Shown here: one piece after another, positions 17,921-28,070 of the stretch
Layout of the letters: the number at the start of each line of letters is the position of its first letter
Position numbering within the stretch: the first letter of the stretch is position 1
Assembly (NCBI GenBank): GCA_963800555.1
Contig: CAWDBH010000008.1
Location: 48,258 to 112,257 of the forward strand
Source: an uncultured Candidatus Micrarchaeota archaeon
GTDB lineage: Archaea > Micrarchaeota > Micrarchaeia > Anstonellales > Bilamarchaeaceae
DNA: 64,000 nucleotides
Reading direction: 5' to 3'
Notes under the pieces: generated by a model
What the model saw: only the letters and a program-made list of their open reading frames with translations
Databases searched by the model: none
Told to the model about the DNA's origin: nothing
Made by a program: the position numbers and the translations under genes

Positions 17921-19381
17921 ATGCGTCTATTCAATTCCCTGGCAAAATCGGCCGAATCATTCGAACCTGTGGATGATAAAGTCATAATGTACGTCTGTGG
18001 AATCACCCCATACGACAGCGCGCATATCGGCCATGCCCGGACCTATGTGTCGATGGATGTACTCAAACGATTCCTCATGAAGAAAGGCATCAAGGTCTAT
18101 CATATCCAGAACATCACGGACGTGGACGACAAGATAATCCGGCGTTGCAAGGAGAGCGGAGCGGACCCCAAGAAATTGACCGAAGAGAACCATTCCGAAG
18201 CCCTCGAGCTCCTCGGCAGGCTAGGCGTCCTGCCCGCGGATGTATACCCGAAGGTCACGGAGCATATACCGGACATAATCTCCCTCATCCAGATCCTCAT
18301 CAAGAAAGGCTCTGCCTACGAGACCACTAGCGGGATCTATTTCAGCGTCCCATCATTCCATGCGTACGGAAAGCTATCAGGCCAGGACCTCGAGCAGATA
18401 AAAGCCGGGGCGAGGGTCGAGGTGGACGAGAGCAAGCATGATCCGGCGGATTTCGCGCTATGGAAGAAGACCAAAGGCGAGATAATCGAGTTCGACAGCC
18501 CCTGGGGCCGCGGTAGGCCTGGATGGCATATAGAATGCTCGGCCATGGCGAAAAGATACGCCAAGCGGACGCTCGACATCCATGGCGGCGGCAGGGACCT
18601 GATATTCCCGCACCACGAGAACGAGATAGCGCAGAGCGAGGCCGCGAGCGGAGAGAAATTCTGCCGCTTCTGGGTGCATCCTGGCTTCCTCAGCGTGGAT
18701 GGGGAGAAGATGAGCAAGTCGCTCGGGAATTTCGTCACCCTGAGGCAGGCGCTCGGCCGCTTCACGCCCAATTCACTGAGGCTGTTCTATCTGCAGGCGC
18801 ATTACCGGAGTCCCTTGGATTACGATGAGGACAAGGTGGAAGGCCTGGACGAGAGCGTGGAGAGGATATTCAACTCGCTCGGCCTGATCCGCGAGGAATG
18901 CGCGGCCAAGCGTGAATCAGTCGAGGATAATGCTTTCCGGAAGGAGAGCGACGGGTTGATCATGATGTTCTGGAAGTGCATGGATGACGACCTGGACACC
19001 CCGCAAGCCATAGCATCGCTTTTCGACCTGATCCGCTCCGCGAATTCTCATATATCCCATTCCGACATTGACCGCGAGCAGCTGCTTCGGATAAAGAATG
19101 AGATGGAAAGCATGCTCTGGGTCTTGGGTTTGGAGGAAGAAAGGGCGGATCTGGATTCCAAGAAGGCCGCCATAACAGCGCTGGCTGATGAACTTGGTCT
19201 CTCATCAGGAGACGCGGCTACGATGTTGGACCTCCTCATTGATGAGAGGGAGAAAGCACGCGCTTCAAAGGATTACGCAAAATCAGACCTGATACGCTCC
19301 AAGCTAAACGCGATAGGGATACAGCTCGAAGACAAGCGCAAAGACAAGGAAAGCGGGCCCAGATGGAAGATCACTGCTTAG
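17921..19381 (+). CDS. cysS: cysteinyl-tRNA synthetase
   Basis: HIGH motif (HIGHARTY) and KMSKS; the ATG at 17921 is preferred over the TTG at 17915. Confidence 0.9.
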   Translation: MRLFNSLAKSAESFEPVDDKVIMYVCGITPYDSAHIGHARTYVSMDVLKRFLMKKGIKVYHIQNITDVDDKIIRRCKESGADPKKLTEENHSEALELLGRLGVLPADVYPKVTEHIPDIISLIQILIKKGSAYETTSGIYFSVPSFHAYGKLSGQDLEQIKAGARVEVDESKHDPADFALWKKTKGEIIEFDSPWGRGRPGWHIECSAMAKRYAKRTLDIHGGGRDLIFPHHENEIAQSEAASGEKFCRFWVHPGFLSVDGEKMSKSLGNFVTLRQALGRFTPNSLRLFYLQAHYRSPLDYDEDKVEGLDESVERIFNSLGLIREECAAKRESVEDNAFRKESDGLIMMFWKCMDDDLDTPQAIASLFDLIRSANSHISHSDIDREQLLRIKNEMESMLWVLGLEEERADLDSKKAAITALADELGLSSGDAATMLDLLIDEREKARASKDYAKSDLIRSKLNAIGIQLEDKRKDKESGPRWKITA

Positions 19382-20081
19382 TGTACCCTTTCATCACGTC
19401 TACGCCGCCGCCCATCATGGCCGAGATGTTGCTCCATCCCCAGAGCGCGACTGTCCTGAAGAACCCGTCGCTCTTGAACCTGCGGTCCGAGAGCATCATG
19501 ATCAGTTTCGAATCGTAGACTATATCCCTTGACGGAGGGAGCCTCGCCATCAAGTCGGTGTCCTCGCAGATCACCGAGCGGTAGCCGCCCACGCTGAAGA
19601 ACACGTCCTTCCGTATCGCGCAGTTGTTCGCCGGGACCCAGTATTTCCCGGTGATGAAGTGGTTCAAGCGGACCAGATGGAAAACACCGACGGAATAGGA
19701 ATTGTATATCGTGCCCATGACCCTTGAATCGCATTCGTAGAGGTCCAGGCCGCCGACCGCGACGGTCTTCTTCTCCTTGAAATGACTCTTTATTCGGGAT
19801 GAGAAATCTCCCGGGACCACGCAATCGGCGTCTATGAAGACCAGGATGTTGTTTTTCGCCTCCTTGGCCCCTTCGGTCCTGGCAACGCCCACGCCCTTCT
19901 TCGGCCGCAGGAGCACCTTGGCGCCATGCTTCTTGGCTATCTGGGCCGTCTTGTCGGTGCTGTTGGCATCCACGACTATGACTTCATCTTCTCCATCTAA
20001 CTGGGGCTTGAGAGATTTGAGTATGCGATCTATGTGCTCTTCTTCATTCAGAGTAGGAACGATATAACTCAACATTTCCAT
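19371..20081 (-). CDS. family 2 glycosyltransferase (dolichyl-phosphate sugar transferase-like)
   Basis: IVPTLNEEEHI...VIVVDANSTD...FIDADC. Its 3' end overlaps the cysS 3' end by 11 nt (convergent). Confidence 0.8.
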   Translation of the reverse strand: MEMLSYIVPTLNEEEHIDRILKSLKPQLDGEDEVIVVDANSTDKTAQIAKKHGAKVLLRPKKGVGVARTEGAKEAKNNILVFIDADCVVPGDFSSRIKSHFKEKKTVAVGGLDLYECDSRVMGTIYNSYSVGVFHLVRLNHFITGKYWVPANNCAIRKDVFFSVGGYRSVICEDTDLMARLPPSRDIVYDSKLIMMLSDRRFKSDGFFRTVALWGWSNISAMMGGGVDVMKGYTKQ

Positions 20082-20174
20082 CCACCTTCCGATATATCAT
20101 CAGGATAGAAAGCTATAAATCCATAAGCCACGGCGCATTCTGGCCTTTCGGGAACCATTGAACCGGTCGGTCCG

Positions 20175-20465
20175 TCATCTAGAGAAGTTCGAAAGCTGCA
20201 CCGAGAGGATGTGGCATTGCCTCTTGAGCGCGTTCAGCTCATGCAGGCTGTATGTCGCGAGTTCCGCTTCCCTGATGCTCGTTATCCTGCCTTCCCACGC
20301 CTTCAGGTTGAAGCACTCGCGTTTCTCGTTCACCTTGCGGGCGCTCTCCAAGAGGCGGTGGCAGTCCGACGCTATGCCTTTGCGCAGGTTCCCTATGATG
20401 ACTTCTATCGGCTCGTCCGTGAAGTCCGCCAGATCGTATTTACCTGCCATAGCCTCTTTTCTCAT
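20175..20465 (-). CDS. hypothetical protein
   Basis: 96-aa helical and charged ORF, divergent from purN. Confidence 0.4.
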   Translation of the reverse strand: MRKEAMAGKYDLADFTDEPIEVIIGNLRKGIASDCHRLLESARKVNEKRECFNLKAWEGRITSIREAELATYSLHELNALKRQCHILSVQLSNFSR

Positions 20466-20500
20466 ATGTTAATTTAAACAGTTTTGACATTCTCCTACCC

Positions 20501-21115
20501 ATGACAGTGAAAGCCGCGGTCCTCGCATCCGGAAGGGGCAGCAACTTCAAGGCTATCCTCGAAGAGATCGCCGCCGGCAGGTGCGACGCGAAAATAGCGG
20601 TGCTGATCACGAACAATCCCGATGCCCCGGCCATCCAGATAGCCAGATCAGCCGGCATACCGGTAGAGATCATAGATAAGAAAAGATTCAAGAGCAGGGA
20701 AGAGATGGATGATGAGATAAAAAAGCTCCTGGATAAGTACGGCGCGGGCCTCGTCGTCCTCGCCGGATATATGCTCATCCTGAAAGGGAAAAAACTTCTC
20801 GAGGCATACCAGAATAAGATAATCAATATCCACCCCGCCCTCCTCCCGGCATTCCCAGGTGCCACTGCCCAGAAGGACGCATTCGAATACGGGGTCAAGG
20901 TATCCGGGGTGACCATACATCTGGTCGATGAAAGCCTCGATGCCGGTCCGATATTGCATCAGGAGGCAGTTGATATCGGCGCATGCGCGAATTCCGAAGA
21001 TGTGGCGAAGAAGATCCTGAAGATCGAGCACAAGGCGTACGCCAAAGTGATAGATTCATTCTCCAAAGGGGATTATGTAATAGAAGGCAGACGCGCGCGG
21101 TTCGTTCCTAGATGA
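20501..21115 (+). CDS. purN: phosphoribosylglycinamide formyltransferase
   Basis: VLASGRGSNF...NIHPALLP...SGVTIHLVDE..LDAGPI; the TATA ttaatttaaa lies about 25 nt upstream. Confidence 0.85.
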   Translation: MTVKAAVLASGRGSNFKAILEEIAAGRCDAKIAVLITNNPDAPAIQIARSAGIPVEIIDKKRFKSREEMDDEIKKLLDKYGAGLVVLAGYMLILKGKKLLEAYQNKIINIHPALLPAFPGATAQKDAFEYGVKVSGVTIHLVDESLDAGPILHQEAVDIGACANSEDVAKKILKIEHKAYAKVIDSFSKGDYVIEGRRARFVPR

Positions 21116-22094
21116 TGTTCGGGTAGGCGGAATCCCTCCTTTTCAGGAGGACGATGCGCGATATCTCGTCATCGCTCGCTATCGAATACGTTGGAAGAGC
21201 ATCGGCCAGTTTTTTCGTGAAAGCCACCACTTCATCATGCTCGAGCATGTTCTTCGGTCCCAGGCGCTTGCGCGAGAATCCGAGCGCCATGTATGATTTT
21301 ATCTCGATGAAATCCGTTTTCGACCTCTCAAGCAGCGCGGCATAAGATGGTATGTAATCCAAGGAATCGTTGACCCCTTTGATGAGCGTGAACCTTATCG
21401 CCCTCCTGCACTTGAGCGAAGGGAAGAGGTCAATCGTCCGCAGCAGTCTCTGCCACCCGTCCTTATACACGCTCCTGTTCACTTCATTGAATTTCTTTTC
21501 GTCATGCGCGGACAATGAGAGGTAAAGCTGGGTGGGCAAGGCATCTTCCTGCGCGAGTTTTTCGATCCTCTTTGATTCCTGACCGTTCGTCACCACGAAG
21601 ATCGTCCGGACCTCGGGATTCTCCTTCAGTTTCTTTATCATATGGCCAAGCTTCGGATATATCGTCGGCTCGCCGCTCAAGGATATAGCCCAATGCGAAG
21701 GGAAGCGTTCGAACGATTCGTCGAATCTGCCCGCGCTCCTGAATGTCCCGAACCCGGACATGAGCTTCTTCCTCGCTTTCACACAGCCGCTTATTATCTC
21801 GTCCGGCTCGTCGACCTCATTCTCATCGAAACTCGTCTTCTTCATCCACTCCATCGGCCGCCAGCAGAAGATGCACGCCTCGTTGCACCATGCGAGCGCT
21901 GGAGATATCTGTGCGCACCTGTGGCAGTCCACTCCGTAGAATCTGACCTTGTAGCAACCCTTTCCGCCATGGAGCGCGTTTTTGGTCCAGTGGCATATCT
22001 GCACGCCGCTGTGATTGCCCACAATGCCGTAGCTCTTCGCATACTGCTTGCGGGCGCTCTCGCTGAATGTGACTTTCACGGAATCACTTTGCAT
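21108..22094 (-). CDS. taw1: tRNA 4-demethylwyosine synthase Taw1 (TYW1-like radical SAM)
   Basis: CHRCAQISPALAWCNEACIFCWRP matches the TYW1/Taw1 cluster motifs. Start set at MQSDSV. Confidence 0.8.
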   Translation of the reverse strand: MQSDSVKVTFSESARKQYAKSYGIVGNHSGVQICHWTKNALHGGKGCYKVRFYGVDCHRCAQISPALAWCNEACIFCWRPMEWMKKTSFDENEVDEPDEIISGCVKARKKLMSGFGTFRSAGRFDESFERFPSHWAISLSGEPTIYPKLGHMIKKLKENPEVRTIFVVTNGQESKRIEKLAQEDALPTQLYLSLSAHDEKKFNEVNRSVYKDGWQRLLRTIDLFPSLKCRRAIRFTLIKGVNDSLDYIPSYAALLERSKTDFIEIKSYMALGFSRKRLGPKNMLEHDEVVAFTKKLADALPTYSIASDDEISRIVLLKRRDSAYPNII

Positions 22095-22194
22095 GGTTAG
22101 GAACAAAAAAGAGACGGTCGGCAAAAAACAAAACCAGAGGGATTGATAAAAAGGTTTAAACCATGTATGAACGACTTATGGTGGGAGTGAGCAT

Positions 22195-23151
22195 ATGGCA
22201 AAAACAACTGTAGGCATGCCTCTTGAACACAGTACGCGCGGGGATGTGATAAGCGTCGGATGGAGGGTAGCGGAACGTCGATGTTATGCGAACCGCAGGC
22301 CGATAGCCGAATGCATCGAAAGGCTGGACCGCGGCAAGTTGCTGGCAGTGAAGGCCGCGTTCGAGATGGACGCGAATGCATGGACGGGTTATGATTATCT
22401 CCTGGGCACAGCAATACGCGGCCCCGGGAACCACGCGGGCGGGGGGTTCATACAGCTGGAGTGCATGGAAGACGGGATAAAGGCCGTCGATTTGCTGCAA
22501 CCGGTCTACAATCTGAATGCCCGGCTCTCCCATCCGCGGATCTGGTACGACCAGTCCTGGTTCAGGGCCTGCCGCGGGGAATACACCATCGAAGAGGCCA
22601 GGGCCGTGCTCGACCGTGCAATATCCGACATGGTCTTCGGTTGCTGGAATTCGCATTTAGCCGGAACCTACTACCCTAGCTATGACAAGATACTAGGGGT
22701 CATAAAGAAACTTACAACGCCCGAGGGGCAAGAGGACATAACCGGCATGGTGAACATGAGGCGCATGATCAAGTTCGACTCGTTCTGCATCTCAACGCAA
22801 CCTGGAAGAACCAATGATGGCGAGAACTGGGAGCTCGCGCAGGAGAAGATGGCTGCGAGGGCCATCCTGTACATGAGGGACAATCCCTGGACTAATACCG
22901 GCTGGGACCGCTGGCTGGACATATCCGGGCCGCTCGATATGCCGAAACCATATGCCTCCATCAATGAGCTCGGCATGCTGGATAGGACCGATAGGCTCAA
23001 ACTCTTCATCCACGTGCTGGAGCTGCTGAAGACGGATCACAGCATACATCTGGCCAAGGCGGATATGTCGGCGCAGTCGTACCTGTTCTACATCTCGGGC
23101 AGAGACAAGCCGGATGAAGATCGGTTCCGCGCAGCGGAAGTGACACTATGA
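22195..23151 (+). CDS. conserved hypothetical protein, unknown family (tandem paralog 1)
   Basis: 318 aa. It shares an about 65-nt identical stretch with the downstream paralog (AARAILYMRDNPWTNTGWDRWLDISGPLD) and ...GGGF(I/M)(Q/R)L(E/V)CME.G(I/S)(K/S)AV(D/E)LLQP(V/I)Y(N/D)L.A(R/W)LSHP(R/Q)IWYD. Confidence 0.55.
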   Translation: MAKTTVGMPLEHSTRGDVISVGWRVAERRCYANRRPIAECIERLDRGKLLAVKAAFEMDANAWTGYDYLLGTAIRGPGNHAGGGFIQLECMEDGIKAVDLLQPVYNLNARLSHPRIWYDQSWFRACRGEYTIEEARAVLDRAISDMVFGCWNSHLAGTYYPSYDKILGVIKKLTTPEGQEDITGMVNMRRMIKFDSFCISTQPGRTNDGENWELAQEKMAARAILYMRDNPWTNTGWDRWLDISGPLDMPKPYASINELGMLDRTDRLKLFIHVLELLKTDHSIHLAKADMSAQSYLFYISGRDKPDEDRFRAAEVTL

Positions 23152-24041
23152 CAGCTGAAAGGAAGCTTCTAGGACGCAGCGGATGCGGGGATAAGATAAG
23201 CATCGGATGGAGGGTCAGGGAAGGGAAAAAGAAGGACCGCGAGCCGATCGCCGAATGCATCGAAAGGCTGGGCAGTATCCTGAAAGCTACGACCGCGTTC
23301 GAGACGGCCGGGAAGCTAAGTTATGATTATCTCGAGGACACGACAACGAGCTGCTCCGCTGCCGAGTTGGGCGGTGGGTTCATGAGGCTCGTGTGCATGG
23401 AAAGCGGGATAAGTGCCGTTGAATTGCTGCAGCCCATATACGATTTATGCGCCTGGCTCTCCCATCCGCAGATCTGGTATGACCGGGTCGAACCAACGTT
23501 CCCGAAGGGGGAATATGCCATAGAAGAGGCCAGGGCGGTGTTCCCGACCGACAAGTCAGACGCGTTCTTCGGAGCGCATAACCGGGAATTCGCCGGAGCT
23601 TACTATCCCAGCTATGACAAGGTCCTCGGGATCATAAAGAGACTCACGCCGCTCGGAACTGATGAGAACCTGGATATAAAGGATATGCTCAAGGTGGATG
23701 CGTACTACGCATTCAAGAATACGAGAAGGACAGAAGAGCTTGCGAACTGGCTGCTCGCGCAGGACCGGATGGCAGCGAGGGCCATCCTGTACATGAGGGA
23801 CAATCCCTGGACTAATACCGGCTGGGACCGCTGGCTGGACATATCGGGGCCGCTGGATATTCCTGACAGCCATCGTCCATCCAGGGACTTGGGCATGCTC
23901 GACGGAACTGGCAAACTGGACCTCTTCATCCCCCTGCTGGAGATGCTGAAAGCGGACGACAGCATACATCTTGTCAAGGCGGACATGCCGGCGTGGCTGT
24001 ACCGGGACGGTTTGACGGCCTGGAACAGAGGCGACGATTAA
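23148..24041 (+). CDS. conserved hypothetical protein, unknown family (tandem paralog 2)
   Basis: 297 aa; 4-bp ATGA overlap with paralog 1. Confidence 0.55.
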   Translation: MTAERKLLGRSGCGDKISIGWRVREGKKKDREPIAECIERLGSILKATTAFETAGKLSYDYLEDTTTSCSAAELGGGFMRLVCMESGISAVELLQPIYDLCAWLSHPQIWYDRVEPTFPKGEYAIEEARAVFPTDKSDAFFGAHNREFAGAYYPSYDKVLGIIKRLTPLGTDENLDIKDMLKVDAYYAFKNTRRTEELANWLLAQDRMAARAILYMRDNPWTNTGWDRWLDISGPLDIPDSHRPSRDLGMLDGTGKLDLFIPLLEMLKADDSIHLVKADMPAWLYRDGLTAWNRGDD

Positions 24042-24080
24042 TCCTGTATAGCTTGCGCTCGGGTTCGTATAAAGAAAAAT

Positions 24081-24185
24081 ACGGGCCTGGTGAGATTTGA
24101 ACTCACGACACACGGATTTCACCTTTTAGGAAAAGATTTCCTTCAGATAAGAGTCCGTCGCTCTACCAAGCTGAGCTACAGGCCC
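24081..24185 (-). tRNA. tRNA-Lys (CUU) with a 31-nt canonical (37/38) intron (about 24117..24147)
   Basis: GGGCCTG-TA-GCTC-AGCTTGGTA-GAGC-G-ACGGA-CTCTTA[intron]A-TCCGT-GTGTC-GTGAG-TTCAAAT-CTCAC-CAGGCCC-G. A TTTTATATTG box lies about 30 nt upstream and a T-rich tail follows. Confidence 0.75.
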
Positions 24186-24221
24186 ACGTGGATTGGAATG
24201 TGATTAGAAAACAATATAAAA

Positions 24222-25256
24222 TCATGAGCCGAGCGAGTCGATGGCGTATTGGCTGCCTGTGACCGTTATCCGCAGGGTGCCGTTGTCGTAGTTGTCGTAC
24301 CATTTGATATCGTTCTGCGACATGTTCAGGAGCCTTTCGAACGGCGCCCTGGACCCGCCATTGGCAGCGGATTCATCCGCGCTCCCGCTTATCACGACCA
24401 CCTGTGGCTTTGCGGTATTGAGGAATATGCCCATATTCGCGGTCCCTGAGCCGACCCCGTAGTACGGGGCTTCCAGCACCGTGGTGCTGATGAGGCCCGG
24501 ATACTTGTTGATCAGGTTCCCCTGGGCGCCAGTCTGTATGTCCGATGTCAGCAGCATCGAGAACCCGTCCTGCGACAGCCTGATGACCATCGCGTCATTG
24601 TTGACATCCTGGAACAGCTTGCCGGGATTCGGGTTGATCACCGTGAAATTTATCCCATCATACGAGTTGCTGTAGCCGTCATCAGCTATGACGACCTGTT
24701 TCGTGGCGTTCGCCATCCTGGCCGCTATCCCAGCGTATTCAGTATTGCCTAAGGTCTCGCCAGGCCACCAGTAGCTCTGAATGGGGAAATTATCGGCTAT
24801 CGCTTCGATGCCTCCGAAACGGCGCGGATCACCGGTGGTCGAAACCAGCACGGCGATATTTTCGACGCCCTTGGATTTTAGGAAATCGACCACTTTGCCC
24901 GATTCCTTCGCAGGCCCGGCATCCACGAGCATGTTGAAATCCCCTTTCTTGATCAGTATGGCGTCTCCCTGTGAGGTATCCCCGACATATATGAGATATA
25001 TCCCTAGGGGTTGCGTCGGGTCGTAGGTGAACTGGATCGAGTTGTTCGGCGCCGTAGGGACGGTGTTGTTCTGCACGCTGTTGTTCTGCTCGGCGCTCTG
25101 GTTCGTCTGGTTGTTGATGATGATGGTGACCGGGCCTGTGCTATTGGTGGTATTGGCCGGGGTTGTCGAATTGGTCTCGTTCGAGACAGGCGTCCGCCCT
25201 CCGCATCCTAATATCAGCATGAACACGACAATCGCGAGTATAGGAACCAGTTTCAT
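24222..25256 (-). CDS. secreted putative lipoprotein with an Asn/Thr-rich linker and a degenerate (His-less) ComEC-like MBL-fold domain
   Basis: Signal/lipobox ILGCGG. YLIYVGDTSQGDAILIKKGDFNMLVDAG resembles an MBL N-terminus, but STTGDPRRFGG sits where HxHxDH is expected. Confidence 0.55.
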   Translation of the reverse strand: MKLVPILAIVVFMLILGCGGRTPVSNETNSTTPANTTNSTGPVTIIINNQTNQSAEQNNSVQNNTVPTAPNNSIQFTYDPTQPLGIYLIYVGDTSQGDAILIKKGDFNMLVDAGPAKESGKVVDFLKSKGVENIAVLVSTTGDPRRFGGIEAIADNFPIQSYWWPGETLGNTEYAGIAARMANATKQVVIADDGYSNSYDGINFTVINPNPGKLFQDVNNDAMVIRLSQDGFSMLLTSDIQTGAQGNLINKYPGLISTTVLEAPYYGVGSGTANMGIFLNTAKPQVVVISGSADESAANGGSRAPFERLLNMSQNDIKWYDNYDNGTLRITVTGSQYAIDSLGS

Positions 25257-26776
25257 AGCGTCACCCTGCTCTCACGGACCGCTTTCCGCAGATGCGATTC
25301 GCATTCGCTGATTTTAATCCTTTCCTGCTTGCCGTCATTCCTGTACCTTATGGTCACGGTACCGTCCTCGAGCGTCTGGTAATCGACCGTCAGGCAATAC
25401 GGGATGCCTATCTCGTCGGCGCGCGCGTACCTTCGGCCTATGCTCCCGCTCTCGCGGTAATCCGCATCGAGTCCGGCCGAGCGCAGGATGCCTGTGAGCT
25501 CCAACGCCTTCTCCCCCATGCCGTCCTTCTTCATTAGCGGGAAGACAGCGACGTGGTACGGGGCTATGCATGGCGGGAAGTCGAACCATTCCCATTCCTT
25601 TCCGGTTCCTAATTTCCACTCCCCTTTCTCATCCTTCTCGTCCTTGTCCCGGAAGCAGTGCTCGAGCAGGCAGTAGAAGAGCCGGTCCACGCCCATCGAT
25701 AGCTCGAAGACGTGCGGCATGACCTTCTTCTTCTCCTCCTCGACGAAAACGCTGAGGTCCTGGCCGCTATGTTTGGTATGGGAAGCCAGATCGAAATCCG
25801 TGCGGTACGCGTTCCCGATCGTCTCGATGCTTCCGAACGAGGTCTCGACTTCCATGTCTATGTTGGCCCGAGAATAATGCGGTATCTCCGCGGAATCCAG
25901 CACCCTGAAGACCATCTTGCCAGTGGGGATGCCGACCTTCCTGTAGAATTCCCATTCGCGGGCCATGAAATACGCCATTATCTCGTTGGCCGCGAGTTTT
26001 TTCTGAACAATCTCGTCAGCGCTCATCTCGCTCGTCTGGCCTTTGACGCCCATCCGCATCCGCGAATCCTTGATAGCGGAAAATCCATCGAATTCCCCAT
26101 GGGTCGGGTTGAAGAAATATTCGAGCTCCATCTGCGTGAACTCCCGCATCCTGATGAGCCCTTTCCTGGGGGATATCTCGTTCCTGAAGCTCTTGCCCAC
26201 CTGCCCGACCGCAATGGGGAGCCGCGTTCCGTGGTTCCGGAATATCCTGGGGAATGCCGTGAATATGCCTTGGGCCGTCTCTGGCCTGCAGTACGCGGGC
26301 GATCTCTCCCCCCCGATGCCCGTCTGGAACATCAGATTGAACATGAACGCGTTACCGAACTCCCCGCCGCATTTGGGGCATTTCAGCTCCTTCTCCTTGA
26401 TTATCCTATCCAAAGAGTCGAGCTTCCCATCCCATTTCTCGCCATGGAGGTCGTAGTGCTTCTCGGCCACGAAGCTGTCCGCGCGGATGCGCGTCTTGCA
26501 TTTGCCGCACTCGATGACCGGGTCCGCGAAGCTGCCGACATGGCCTGACGCGACCAGCACCGGCTCTGGGGTGATTATGCTCGTCTCCACCTCATGGAAG
26601 CCCTCGTTCTTGATGAACGTCTCGCGCCAGAGGTTCTCGATCTTCTTCTTTATTAGCACGCCGACCGGGCCGTACTCGTAGAATCCAGCGATGTTTCCGT
26701 ATGGCTCGTTGCTCGGGAAGAAGAACGATCGTTTCAGCGCTAGCTCGAATATCTTCTCATGTATAGGGACTTGCAT
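25253..26776 (-). CDS. glyS: glycyl-tRNA synthetase (archaeal/eukaryal alpha2 type)
   Basis: 507 aa with class II motifs and an overall GlyRS fold signature. Confidence 0.9.
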   Translation of the reverse strand: MQVPIHEKIFELALKRSFFFPSNEPYGNIAGFYEYGPVGVLIKKKIENLWRETFIKNEGFHEVETSIITPEPVLVASGHVGSFADPVIECGKCKTRIRADSFVAEKHYDLHGEKWDGKLDSLDRIIKEKELKCPKCGGEFGNAFMFNLMFQTGIGGERSPAYCRPETAQGIFTAFPRIFRNHGTRLPIAVGQVGKSFRNEISPRKGLIRMREFTQMELEYFFNPTHGEFDGFSAIKDSRMRMGVKGQTSEMSADEIVQKKLAANEIMAYFMAREWEFYRKVGIPTGKMVFRVLDSAEIPHYSRANIDMEVETSFGSIETIGNAYRTDFDLASHTKHSGQDLSVFVEEEKKKVMPHVFELSMGVDRLFYCLLEHCFRDKDEKDEKGEWKLGTGKEWEWFDFPPCIAPYHVAVFPLMKKDGMGEKALELTGILRSAGLDADYRESGSIGRRYARADEIGIPYCLTVDYQTLEDGTVTIRYRNDGKQERIKISECESHLRKAVRESRVTL

Positions 26777-26812
26777 AAGATTGTGATTATATGTGCGGTA
26801 TTAAATCGCTTT

Positions 26813-28009
26813 TTATCTGCAGAACACCGCCATGCCGATTGCGCCGAGCAAAGCGATGAATGCCGCGGAGATGAACGCAGCCGGGGCCCCGAATGCCGCC
26901 CATATCGCTCCTGCCACTATGCTCGCGGGGAGGTAGGCCACTCCGACCGCGGTGTTGTACGCCCCGAGCGCGATCCCGCGCTTCTCCTCTTTCGCGATGT
27001 CCGTTATGTACGCCTTGTTCACCGAATCGTCGATGGCCACGAATACCCCGTATATGATGAATAAGCCCGCCAGCTGCAGATACGAGCCTGCGAGGGTGAA
27101 TCCTAAGCAGACGAGGGCGTAAAGGACGAACGAGCCCGCTATCACGCCCTTGCGCCCGATTTTGTCTGATAGCATCCCAGCGGGTATGGACGCGAGAGCG
27201 TAGGCGATGTTGTATATCAGGTAGAGTATGATTATGGAGTCCTCGGCGATCTTCAGGTCCGACGCCCTCACTATGAAGAACGCGAAGCTGAAGTAAGAGA
27301 GCGAGAAGAGGATCGACACTTTCAAGTAAACCATGTACTCTGGCGGCATCTCGCGCAGAGCCTGCCAGAACGGGGTCCTGGTCTTCGGGGCCACCGCGGT
27401 TTCCGGCTTCGGCTCCCTAACGAAGAAGTATAGGACGGCCACCGAAAGGAACGCAGGGATGATGGCCAAAAAGAACACGGTCCGGTATGCGGATTCGCTC
27501 TGGCCTATGAGGATGAAGATGATGAGCGCCAGCGTCGGGCCGACAACCGCCCCTGCGGTGTCCATCGCCCTGTGTATGCCGAACGCCTTGCCTCTCTGAT
27601 CCGGAGGGGAGTCGGATGCTATGATGGCATCGCGCGGAGATGTCCTAATGCCCTTGCCCACCCGCTCCAGCGCGCGGGCTACGAAGATGAAGGGCCACGA
27701 GTTCGCGATCGCTATGAATATCTTCATGAAGGAGGACAATCCATAGCCGAGCTCCACGAGCTGCTTCCTGTTCCCGGTCCGGTCCGCCCAATAGCCGGAG
27801 AAAATCTCCACGATGCTCGCTATGCTGTCTGCGGTCCCCTCTATCAGGCCGAGGATCGCCGTGCTGGCCCCTAGGAACGTGGTGATGAAGACCGGCAAGA
27901 TGGGAAAAATCATCTCGCTCGACACGTCCGTCAGGAAACTTACTATCCCGAGCGCGAAGACGCTCACCCCTATCTTTCGGGGCTCCGGTTTCGCATTCCC
28001 CTTGGCCAT
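26813..28009 (-). CDS. MFS transporter
   Basis: 12-TM pattern with an MFS motif region. Confidence 0.8.
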   Translation of the reverse strand: MAKGNAKPEPRKIGVSVFALGIVSFLTDVSSEMIFPILPVFITTFLGASTAILGLIEGTADSIASIVEIFSGYWADRTGNRKQLVELGYGLSSFMKIFIAIANSWPFIFVARALERVGKGIRTSPRDAIIASDSPPDQRGKAFGIHRAMDTAGAVVGPTLALIIFILIGQSESAYRTVFFLAIIPAFLSVAVLYFFVREPKPETAVAPKTRTPFWQALREMPPEYMVYLKVSILFSLSYFSFAFFIVRASDLKIAEDSIIILYLIYNIAYALASIPAGMLSDKIGRKGVIAGSFVLYALVCLGFTLAGSYLQLAGLFIIYGVFVAIDDSVNKAYITDIAKEEKRGIALGAYNTAVGVAYLPASIVAGAIWAAFGAPAAFISAAFIALLGAIGMAVFCR

Positions 28010-28070
28010 GCCTCGCTTTCTCTCCCCTATCTGTTAAAACCCTTTCATCCCCATCTGTCTCTTGATACTC

